Positions 1 through 6,375 of a stretch of DNA of 15,788 bases are shown here, in pieces. This DNA is from an archaeon (GTDB lineage Archaea > Nanobdellota > Nanobdellia > Pacearchaeales > GW2011-AR1), in NCBI GenBank assembly GCA_030679115.1, contig JAUXTS010000046.1, positions 1-15,788 on the forward strand. Direction: 5' to 3'. Under the pieces are notes generated by a model. The model saw only the letters and a list, made by a program, of their open reading frames with translations, was not told the DNA's origin and searched no databases. Position 1 is the first letter of the stretch. Each line of letters starts with the position of its first letter. A program made the position numbers and the translations under genes.

Positions 1-40
1 CAAAAAACAAATTTTAGCAGAAGAAATAAAGATAATATGA
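1..40 (+). CDS. 3' end of an ORF truncated by the window edge; possibly the MntA-type nucleotidyltransferase antitoxin partner of HepT
   Basis: Frame 2 is open from the window edge (..KKQILAEEIKII*) and stops at TGA 38-40. That stop overlaps the hepT ATG (37-39) in an ATGA junction, the usual mntA-hepT layout. Only 12 codons are visible, so the identity is contextual. Confidence 0.3.
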   Translation, partial: KKQILAEEIKII

Positions 41-375
41 AAAAAGACGCATTGGTATTTGTAAGGCATATTTTAGAAAGTATTGAAAAAATTGAAAAAT
101 ATTCCGCAAATATTTCAAAAGATGAATTTCTAAAAGATGACGAGCTTCAGGATGCAATTGTAAGAAGATTAGAAATTATAGGAGAAGCAGCAAAAAATAT
201 TTCTTCAGATTTTAAAAATAAATATCCAAAAATTTTATGGAAAGAAATATCTGGTATGAGAGATAAATTAACACATCAATATTTCGGAATTGATTTGGAA
301 ATAGTTTGGAATGTTCTTGAGAAAGATTTGCCAAATTTAAAAAAAATAATCCAAGAGATACTATTTGTTAATTAA
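37..375 (+). CDS. hepT: HepT / DUF86 HEPN-domain toxin (nucleotidyltransferase-substrate-binding family)
   Basis: 112 aa, the typical size. It carries the R-x4-H-x-Y HEPN motif as RDKLTHQY (nt 259-282) in the expected C-terminal half. An ATGA overlap links it to the upstream ORF. Confidence 0.8.
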   Translation: MKKDALVFVRHILESIEKIEKYSANISKDEFLKDDELQDAIVRRLEIIGEAAKNISSDFKNKYPKILWKEISGMRDKLTHQYFGIDLEIVWNVLEKDLPNLKKIIQEILFVN

Positions 376-559
376 TCCTGTTCTTTCTAATTAATTCAAA
401 TTTCTTTCTGCCTTCTTCAGTTTCCATTAATTTGGCATAAAATCTTCTTGCCATGATTATCTGTCCATCCAAAAAAGGCTTTAATTTTTCTTTCCAATCA
501 TTATGTGTTTTCACATAATTAGCCCATCTTTCAACCTGTTCCATATGTTCAGTTCTCAT
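368..559 (-). CDS. small hypothetical protein (63 aa), last gene of the minus-strand string
   Basis: ATG ORF with a GAGG Shine-Dalgarno-like element about 10 nt upstream (RC of 566-575 reads AAGAGGCTGA) and a TTTTAAAA TATA-like box further upstream. I recognise no family. Its 3' end overlaps the hepT 3' end by 8 nt. Confidence 0.45.
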   Translation of the reverse strand: MRTEHMEQVERWANYVKTHNDWKEKLKPFLDGQIIMARRFYAKLMETEEGRKKFELIRKNRIN

Positions 560-628
560 TTAATCTCAGCCTCTTTATTTTTGACTTTATCATTAACTTA
601 TCTTTTCATTTTTAAAAAAGATAATCAG

Positions 629-865
629 CTATTGATATTTCACAAATTCGTCTTCGTCAATTTTAGCCAGCTCAAGAATACTCTTCAAAGTCCCTAATTT
701 TAATTCTGAATGGACAGGTACAACCGTACCAATCTTTCCAAGAGGACTTTCCTTTTTTAATACTACATGACTCCCTCTTTGTCTTATAGCACTAAAACCA
801 AATTTATTGCAAAGAATCTTTATGCATTCCTTACCGGATATCTTTTTAAGAGAAGTTTGAATAAT
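629..865 (-). CDS. hicA: HicA-family mRNA interferase toxin; reading frame intact but no ATG/GTG/TTG start
   Basis: Not in the ORF track. My codon-by-codon translation of the minus strand gives IIQTSLKKISGKECIKILCNKFGFSAIRQRGSHVVLKKESPLGKIGTVVPVHSELKLGTLKSILELAKIDEDEFVKYQ* (78 codons, stop TAG at 629-631). It shows the HicA hallmarks SGKE..K.L...GF, the RQRGSH catalytic His and the VPVH..L..GTL..IL tail. The frame opens after TGA 866-868 with ATT ATT. The first canonical start in frame is TTG at codon 60. Confidence 0.6.
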   Translation of the reverse strand: MIQTSLKKISGKECIKILCNKFGFSAIRQRGSHVVLKKESPLGKIGTVVPVHSELKLGTLKSILELAKIDEDEFVKYQ

Positions 866-929
866 TCAAAAATTACAAAGAATTTTCAAACTTCTTGTTA
901 GAGAACTTTGAGTTTTTACAAAGTTCTCT
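849..929 (-). repeat. four copies of an 11-mer (AGAGAA[G/C]TTTG and its complement) forming two adjacent inverted repeats between the hicB stop and the hicA 5' end
   Basis: Plus strand: AGAGAAGTTTG 849-859, CAAACTTCTTG 887-897, AGAGAACTTTG 900-910, CAAAGTTCTCT 919-929. The pair 900-910/919-929 is a perfect 11-bp stem with an 8-nt loop. The pair 849-859/887-897 gives 9 contiguous bp, and copy 849-859 covers hicA codons 3-6. Confidence 0.7.
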
Positions 930-1138
930 TAAGCTTTGACATTGGCTATCTCAAAAAAAGTAAAAAGAGGACGAGATAATTTTTTCCTTGTACCAAACTC
1001 TTCTAAATATAACTCAGTTGCTTCTTTAAGATTATTAATAGCCTCTTCTAAGGTAAAGCCCTGGCTAACCGTTCCAACCTCAGAACACTTGGCAACATAC
1101 ATATCTTCTTCCTTTTCTATTATCGCTGTAAATTCCAT
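929..1138 (-). CDS. hicB: HicB-like antitoxin (UPF0150 / HicB N-terminal fold only, 69 aa)
   Basis: MEFTAIIEKEEDMYVAKCSEVGTVSQGFTLEEAINNLKEATELYLEEF matches the HicB-like pattern (Y.A..PE..G..tqG.T.EEA..N.KEA..L.LE). I take the start as the internal ATG at 1136-1138, because the longer track ORF (to 1318) runs into the deoxyhypusine synthase gene. Confidence 0.7.
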   Translation of the reverse strand: MEFTAIIEKEEDMYVAKCSEVGTVSQGFTLEEAINNLKEATELYLEEFGTRKKLSRPLFTFFEIANVKA

Positions 1139-1163
1139 AATAAAATAAGATATACTGCCTATT

Positions 1164-2150
1164 TTAAACTTTCGCAAAACTCTCTGCCACCAATATTGGA
1201 AATAATATCGTCGCATCTCCAAATACCTTGACTTCCTGTGCATTGGGAAGTATCTTTCCCCAAGATACAGCTTCATCAGGCATTGCTCCTGCGTCCGAGC
1301 CGTCAAATTCCTGCGCATTATTAATATAAACTGCGTAATCTAATCCATTCCTTAGCATATTTGCATTTAATATAGAATGCTTTACAATTCCGCTTCCTAA
1401 GATAATTGCACCTGATTTCTTCAATCCAATAGTTGTATCATTAAATTCTTTCACATCTTCGGCAATATCGATAATGAAATCAGAATGCTTAAATTTGAAG
1501 AAATAAACATTATCTCCTAATGCTCCATCTGTAATCGCCGGACAATATACTTTTATTTTATTCTTCCATGCCCAATAATATATGCTTTTTTTGTCATTAA
1601 TTTTTTCGCCAAGCTTCCAGATTAATTCAGATGCCGAAACGGCTTTTCCGCTTTTCTTCTGCTTTTCATATAATTCCTCTAAAATTGGTTGAACAAATTC
1701 TTCAAACTTAACATATCTTGAATTTGGCACAAAAATATTTCCTATTCTGTTAATTCCCCTTTCTCTCAAATCTTTTCCAGAAGCTTTGAAGTCTCCAAGA
1801 ATAAAATCTCCAAGACATTTGATTATATCTTCTTCAATTCCGCCAGCAGTTGTCACAATTGCATTTACTTTATTATTCTCAACAAGATACCTAAAAATAT
1901 CCCTTAATCCTGAACTTACTAAATTAGAAGTATATCCTAAAAATATAAATGATTTATTTTTTATCATTTCATTTACAATTCCAATTGCTTTTGAAAAATG
2001 ACTTGCCTGAAAACCAGTTGTCCCAAGTGATTTTATAATTTCCTTGTAATTTACGCCTTTATCAAAATTATATCCTTCTATCTTAACTCCTTTAATTTCC
2101 TCCCCTTCCCTCAATAAATTCTTGCGGGCTATCTTCTCTATATCTTTCAT
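1164..2150 (-). CDS. dys: deoxyhypusine synthase
   Basis: Long colinear similarity to eukaryotic/archaeal DHS: GYTSNLVSSGLRD..RYLV, TTAGGIEEDIIKC, RERGINRIGNIFVPN, AVYINNAQEFDGSDAGAMPDEAVSWGKI (this last stretch includes the catalytic Lys). Confidence 0.95.
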   Translation of the reverse strand: MKDIEKIARKNLLREGEEIKGVKIEGYNFDKGVNYKEIIKSLGTTGFQASHFSKAIGIVNEMIKNKSFIFLGYTSNLVSSGLRDIFRYLVENNKVNAIVTTAGGIEEDIIKCLGDFILGDFKASGKDLRERGINRIGNIFVPNSRYVKFEEFVQPILEELYEKQKKSGKAVSASELIWKLGEKINDKKSIYYWAWKNKIKVYCPAITDGALGDNVYFFKFKHSDFIIDIAEDVKEFNDTTIGLKKSGAIILGSGIVKHSILNANMLRNGLDYAVYINNAQEFDGSDAGAMPDEAVSWGKILPNAQEVKVFGDATILFPILVAESFAKV

Positions 2151-3196
2151 TTTGTTGTATCTCCTCCAAATCTTCTGTCTCTTCTACCAAAATCTTCTAT
2201 CGCTTTTCTTAATTCTTTTGCATCAAAATCTGGGAAATGCACAGATGTAAAATAATATTCTGCATAAACTGACTGCCAAGGCATTAATCCTGAAATTCTT
2301 TTCTCCCCTGAAGTTCTTATTATAAAATCCGGATCTGGAATTCCTGCAGTATCTAAATGCATGGAAAATGTTTTCTCATCAACCTTTTTAATTCCATTTT
2401 TAATCAATCTATTAATTGCCCTTAATACTTCATCTCTTCCGCCATAATCTAAGAATAATTGCACATTGAAATTATCATATTCTTTTGTTTCTTCTTCCAA
2501 ATCTTTTAACGCCTTTCTCAAATTTTTAGGCAGTCTGTCTTTTCTTCCAAAATGCCTAAACCTAATTTTGTTCTTTTCAGCATTTTCTTTAAATTCATCA
2601 ACGCTCTTCAAAATCAAATCAAAAATTGCTTTTGTTTCTTTTTCATCTCTCGTCCAATTTTCTGTAGAGAAACCCCACAAACTAAGATATTTTACTCCCC
2701 ATTTCCTTGCTTCATCAAATAATTCTTTTATATTATCCTTATTCCCAGATTTATAATGTCCCATGCTTCCAATCATTCCTTTTTCTTTAGCCCATCTTCT
2801 GTTTCCATCAGGAATTATTGCGATATGCACAGGCACGCTGGATTTTTGCGAGCCAAATACCATATTTTTTCCCAAATTAACTAAACTCTTTGCTTTATCC
2901 ATGACATAATTTCCTTCATGCACTATGCTGAATTCATTATAATTAATGGAATGTTCTTTCCATCTGAAACTCAACCCGTCTATTTTTGAAAATCCGGGAT
3001 TACTTTCAATCCATGAAACAAGACTTTGTAATTTTTTCTTATCGCCCTGTGCAACTACCACAACGCTCCCATCTTCCCTGTTTCTAACATATCCCTTGAC
3101 TCCAAGTTCATCAGCAAAAATTTTCATATTATTTCTGAAATTAATTCCCTGCACTCTTCCATAAACTTCAATTAATACTTCACTTATTGCTTTCAT
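2147..3196 (-). CDS. uppS: fusion protein: N-terminal acylphosphatase domain + C-terminal cis-prenyltransferase (undecaprenyl-diphosphate synthase family)
   Basis: aa 1-95 (nt 2912-3196) carry both acylphosphatase signatures: VYGRVQGINFR and GYVRNREDGSVVVVAQG. From about aa 120 the UppS motifs follow: HIAIIPDGNRRWAKEKG, LSLWGFSTENW.R and IRTSGEKRISGLMPWQSVYAEYYF. ATGA overlaps occur at both gene junctions (2147-2150 and 3193-3196). Confidence 0.85.
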   Translation of the reverse strand: MKAISEVLIEVYGRVQGINFRNNMKIFADELGVKGYVRNREDGSVVVVAQGDKKKLQSLVSWIESNPGFSKIDGLSFRWKEHSINYNEFSIVHEGNYVMDKAKSLVNLGKNMVFGSQKSSVPVHIAIIPDGNRRWAKEKGMIGSMGHYKSGNKDNIKELFDEARKWGVKYLSLWGFSTENWTRDEKETKAIFDLILKSVDEFKENAEKNKIRFRHFGRKDRLPKNLRKALKDLEEETKEYDNFNVQLFLDYGGRDEVLRAINRLIKNGIKKVDEKTFSMHLDTAGIPDPDFIIRTSGEKRISGLMPWQSVYAEYYFTSVHFPDFDAKELRKAIEDFGRRDRRFGGDTTK

Positions 3197-4227
3197 TCAA
3201 TTTCCCCCTCAAGTGCTTTTTTAAATGTTGCCAAATCTTCAGTTCTTATTCTTGCCCCAACTGCTTCTTCATGCCCTCCTCCAGAAGCTCCTTTCAAATC
3301 CTTTAAAACTTTTTCCAATATTTTTTTGGCATTCTTTCCTCTTATAGAGATATTTGAAAGTGTCCCTTTCCTATATACTACCACAATTAATTTATCAGGA
3401 TGATAAAAAGAAAGTTCATTGCTCAATTCCGAGCTTATGCTTAATTCTCCACCATATTCTAAGATTACCATCTTTCCATGTTTTTCTGCTCTTTCAAGAA
3501 GCGAATTATATTTTTTCTTTATCTCACTATATTTATGCCTAAATGTAGCATTTTCTGTAGTTTCCAAAAATACTTCTTCAGGCCCTCTGCATGAAACAAG
3601 AAAATTCTGCATTTTAACGATATTTGTTGTACAATCTTTTAATCCAAAATTCAGCGCGAGAGCAATCTTTCCGATTTCAGTTTTATAATATGCTTCAAAA
3701 GGCTCTTTTACTTTTCCCCAGAAAGAAGGATTATTCTCTCCAAATTTCTCCGCGAAAGAAGGCATATAATGGTCTGCAATGCATCCCATAACTGCAACCC
3801 ATAAATCTTCTTCTCTTTCAGATATATTATAACAGATAAAAGTTACAGGTTCTCCGCCTTTCCCGCTGAAAGAATTATATATCCAAGCTTGAGAAAATTC
3901 TTCAGGTTTCCAATCTCTTTCCATTTTATGATGATCTATCCATACAAATGGAATTTGCATCTCATCAAGTTCTTTTACAAAATCTTTTGATATTATCGGC
4001 TTATCCAAAACAAAAACATAATCTGCTCCAAGTTCTTTGACTTTTCTTGCATAAGAAGCATTCAAATCAGGATAGCTTCTCACTGCAACTCCTTTTCCTC
4101 TCCCTAAAAATTTTTTCAATAATATGAAACTGCATAATCCATCTGCATCATTATCGTAAAAGAAAATCGGATTTTGAGCTTTCTCTAAGTGCTCTCTTAC
4201 TTCTTCAATTTCTTTCTTGCTTAACAT
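3193..4227 (-). CDS. DHH/DHHA1 family phosphoesterase (RecJ-like / NrnA-like)
   Basis: DHH motifs FYDNDADG, VFVLD and WIDHH, plus the DHHA1 GGGH motif (ASGGGHEEAVGARI) near the C-terminus. At 344 aa it is shorter than GAN/RecJ-type archaeal proteins, so its exact function is not assigned. Confidence 0.75.
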   Translation of the reverse strand: MLSKKEIEEVREHLEKAQNPIFFYDNDADGLCSFILLKKFLGRGKGVAVRSYPDLNASYARKVKELGADYVFVLDKPIISKDFVKELDEMQIPFVWIDHHKMERDWKPEEFSQAWIYNSFSGKGGEPVTFICYNISEREEDLWVAVMGCIADHYMPSFAEKFGENNPSFWGKVKEPFEAYYKTEIGKIALALNFGLKDCTTNIVKMQNFLVSCRGPEEVFLETTENATFRHKYSEIKKKYNSLLERAEKHGKMVILEYGGELSISSELSNELSFYHPDKLIVVVYRKGTLSNISIRGKNAKKILEKVLKDLKGASGGGHEEAVGARIRTEDLATFKKALEGEIE

Positions 4228-4281
4228 TAAGAAAAAGATGAAAGAGGCTTTTTAAATTTGAAGGTTTACCAACCGAAAACT

Positions 4282-4302
4282 AGGGATTATGGAATAATCC
4301 CT
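4282..4302 (-). terminator. small hairpin (9-bp arms AGGGATTAT / ATAATCCCT, 3-nt centre)
   Basis: Perfect inverted repeat read from the sequence. It lies between the SIMPL gene 3' end and the DHH gene start. Function not established. Confidence 0.3.
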
Positions 4303-4349
4303 CTGTCTTATGAATCAGTAAAATTTTTGAGGCCTGAAAGTTTACTGGA

Positions 4350-4380
4350 CTAAGAATAAAACTTTATGTTTTATTCTTAG
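4350..4380 (-). terminator. 13-bp perfect hairpin downstream of the SIMPL-domain gene
   Basis: CTAAGAATAAAAC (4350-4362) / GTTTTATTCTTAG (4368-4380) with a 5-nt loop. On the minus-strand transcript, T-runs lie just upstream of it (RC of 4381-4413). Confidence 0.45.
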
Positions 4381-4413
4381 GATAAAAAATAAAAATAAAT
4401 AAGTTATATCTCC

Positions 4414-5124
4414 TTAAAACAATGAAAGCTTATACTGCACAGTTATAGAAGCAGTTACTTCTTTATCTTGTGGCTGTATATTCATTGCAACTTCTCTTGC
4501 TCCACCGCTATCTGTTGCAACTGCCTTATCATATAAATTCCAAGGCTGATAATAAAAGTCCTGTGATTGCACAGAGACTAATCTTCCCAGATTTTTTCCA
4601 AGTCCTGCTGCAGTTGCTTCTGCTTTATCTTTGGCATCTTTTCCTGCTTCAGTCAAAGCCTGTGATTTATAATCGCTCTGCTTTTCATCAGAAAGCTCAA
4701 AATTGATATAATTTACAAGCGCCCCAGCATTGACAGATTTATCAACTATCCCATACACTAAATCAAAATCCTTTGTTTTAATAACGAGTTGCTGACTGAC
4801 AACATATCCTTTGAATTTTTGCTGTCCATTGCTCCAATCATATTCAGGATAAGTGTTATAGCTGGAAAATTGTATATCTTTTCTTTCCAATCCAAGCTTG
4901 ACAAGTTCTGTAACAACATTATCAGTTATTTCATCATTTGCATCTTTTGCTCCCTGTGCAGTCAAATTCTTTGTTTCTATATTCAAATAAATAGAAACTT
5001 CATCTGGCTGTACTTTTATGTTTGAGCTTCCTTGAGCTGAAACAATTGCCCCAGTATTGTAATAAATATATCCTCCAACCAATAAAATTCCTATAACTAA
5101 TGCAATTAAAATTCGGTTATCCAT
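4414..5124 (-). CDS. SIMPL-domain (DUF541) envelope protein with N-terminal signal anchor
   Basis: The layout is a TM helix (ILIALVIGILLVGGYIYY) followed by the two-lobed SIMPL pattern (V.V.....A..A..A......V...L...G....DI.T....YPEY; GY.V.Q.L.I...D......V......AGA..V..I.F..SD......A...A..DA..KA...A...G). I prefer the start ATG at 5122-5124 because GGAGGT lies 6 nt upstream. The track start at 5154 remains possible. Confidence 0.75.
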   Translation of the reverse strand: MDNRILIALVIGILLVGGYIYYNTGAIVSAQGSSNIKVQPDEVSIYLNIETKNLTAQGAKDANDEITDNVVTELVKLGLERKDIQFSSYNTYPEYDWSNGQQKFKGYVVSQQLVIKTKDFDLVYGIVDKSVNAGALVNYINFELSDEKQSDYKSQALTEAGKDAKDKAEATAAGLGKNLGRLVSVQSQDFYYQPWNLYDKAVATDSGGAREVAMNIQPQDKEVTASITVQYKLSLF

Positions 5125-5234
5125 ATTCCAACCTCCTTTCAATTTGTTAGTCATTCTTCACCTCACATCGAAGTTTGCTAACGGGAGGTACTGGGAAAAA
5201 TTTCATTTTGTTAAAACTCCTGTTTTCTTGAGTA

Positions 5235-5263
5235 AGTCAAACTTTTGTTTTCTAAGTTTGACT
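5235..5263 (-). terminator. 10-bp perfect hairpin between the ArsR-like gene 3' end and the SIMPL gene
   Basis: AGTCAAACTT (5235-5244) / AAGTTTGACT (5254-5263) with a 9-nt T-rich loop. It could act as a terminator, an operator, or both. Confidence 0.4.
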
Positions 5264-5297
5264 GATTTTAACTTATGAAAATTAGTTTGCGCAATTT

Positions 5298-5897
5298 TCA
5301 TTTTTCCCTCAAGTTCCATAGAACAAATATTAATAATGCAGTTAGAGCACCAAGCAAAAACCATGCCCAGATATTATTGGAAAGGTAGCTTAAATTTGCT
5401 GCAGTCCCTACGGCAGAATCTGCAATTCCTGAAGAAGCGGTTCTAACTGCTTCTTCCCCACTGCTTTTAATCAGCATCTGTGCACTATCACTCGCAACTG
5501 GCACAGTATAATTCATAGATGCAGAGTTATCATAATATAGTTTTATTCCAACAGCCCCAAGCACAGATGCAACCACTGCAGGCACAATTCCCCTAAAACT
5601 GCTTTTTGGCGATATAATTATTTTCTTATTAACAATTTTATAACTATTAATTTTCTTTCCTCTCGAACTCCAAAAGAATCCTTTTGTCTTTTCAATCAAT
5701 CCTGCGCTGACTAATTTCTTTATATTATATTCTATAGTATTTAATGGAGCTTTCAATTCTTTAGATAAATCCCCTTCGCTCATTTCTTTTTCAGCCAAAA
5801 GATTGATTATTTTCTTGCAACTTACATTTGCCATTACTTCAGCTATAACTCCTGCTCTTGGGTCATTTAAATCCAATTCGATATATTTTGTTCCCAT
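5298..5897 (-). CDS. ArsR-like winged-helix regulator fused to a C-terminal two-TM membrane anchor
   Basis: The N-terminal half shows a wHTH pattern (KKIINLLAEKEMSEGDLSKELKAPLNTIEYNIKKLVSAGLIEK). Two hydrophobic helices follow (GIVPAVVASVLGAVGIKLYY and IWAWFLLGALTALLIFVLWNL), flanking a Ser/Ala-rich loop. Confidence 0.7.
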   Translation of the reverse strand: MGTKYIELDLNDPRAGVIAEVMANVSCKKIINLLAEKEMSEGDLSKELKAPLNTIEYNIKKLVSAGLIEKTKGFFWSSRGKKINSYKIVNKKIIISPKSSFRGIVPAVVASVLGAVGIKLYYDNSASMNYTVPVASDSAQMLIKSSGEEAVRTASSGIADSAVGTAANLSYLSNNIWAWFLLGALTALLIFVLWNLREK

Positions 5898-5933
5898 ATC
5901 TTACCTAAAGAAAACTTCCTTATAAATCACTCG

Positions 5934-5964
5934 TTGACTTCAATTGCATTTGAATAGAAGTCAA
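5934..5964. promoter_or_regulatory. 8-bp inverted repeat TTGACTTC-N15-GAAGTCAA in the divergent promoter region
   Basis: Read directly from the sequence. It lies between the divergent starts at 5897 (minus) and 6035 (plus), flanked by TATA-like boxes (CTTATAAAT near 5919-5927, TTTAAATA near 6007-6014). Candidate operator. Confidence 0.4.
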
Positions 5965-6034
5965 AGATTTCTATAAAATTATAATGGTGCAATAATGTAG
6001 AAATCTTTAAATACCATTAATTTATCAGATAAAT

Positions 6035-6220
6035 ATGAATAAATGGCTTGAACTTTTCGTAGGATTGATTTTTGTAATCCTTGCAGTAAGTCTTTGGGTG
6101 ATGAATTACTGGGGACTTGGAACAGCAGCTTTGGAAGTTCTTAAAGGTGGATTGATGTGGATGATTCTAGGACTTGGTGCCTTATTCATCCTTTTGGGAA
6201 TTTCAGACGTAAAAGGCTAA
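6035..6220 (+). CDS. small membrane protein (61 aa, two predicted TM helices)
   Basis: ATG ORF with two long hydrophobic stretches. A TATA-like TTTAAATA about 20 nt upstream suggests a leaderless mRNA. T-runs follow the stop. Confidence 0.5.
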   Translation: MNKWLELFVGLIFVILAVSLWVMNYWGLGTAALEVLKGGLMWMILGLGALFILLGISDVKG

Positions 6221-6345
6221 ATCATAAACTTCTTGAATTTTTCTTTTTTAATTTTTTTATGTTTTTATTCTTAATCAGATTTTTCTGTAATTCTCTTTAT
6301 CAACTCCCTATTTAGTGCTACTTTTGAAAAGTAACAAATAGAAAG

Positions 6346-6353
6346 TTTTAAAA
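6346..6353 (+). promoter_or_regulatory. TATA-like box TTTTAAAA (preceded by GAAAG) upstream of the 341-aa ORF
   Basis: Its end is 22 nt upstream of ATG 6376, consistent with a leaderless archaeal transcript. A 7-bp palindrome TACTTTT-G-AAAAGTA sits just upstream at 6319-6333. Confidence 0.4.
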
Positions 6354-6375
6354 GCATATCCATGGCCTATTGCCT

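Noticed and set aside
1139-1318. N-terminal 60-residue extension of the track ORF 929..1318 (MRRNLTARTQ...)
   Set aside because: It overlaps the 3' end of the well-supported deoxyhypusine synthase gene in another frame and has an Arg/Tyr/Trp-rich nonsense-like composition. The recognisable HicB-like domain begins at the internal Met (1136-1138).
5125-5154. Ten extra N-terminal codons (MTNKLKGGWN) of the SIMPL-domain ORF
   Set aside because: The GGAGGT encoded there sits 6 nt before the second ATG and works better as a ribosome-binding site. The signal-anchor helix starts right after the second Met. The extension cannot be excluded without data, so it is noted in the feature.
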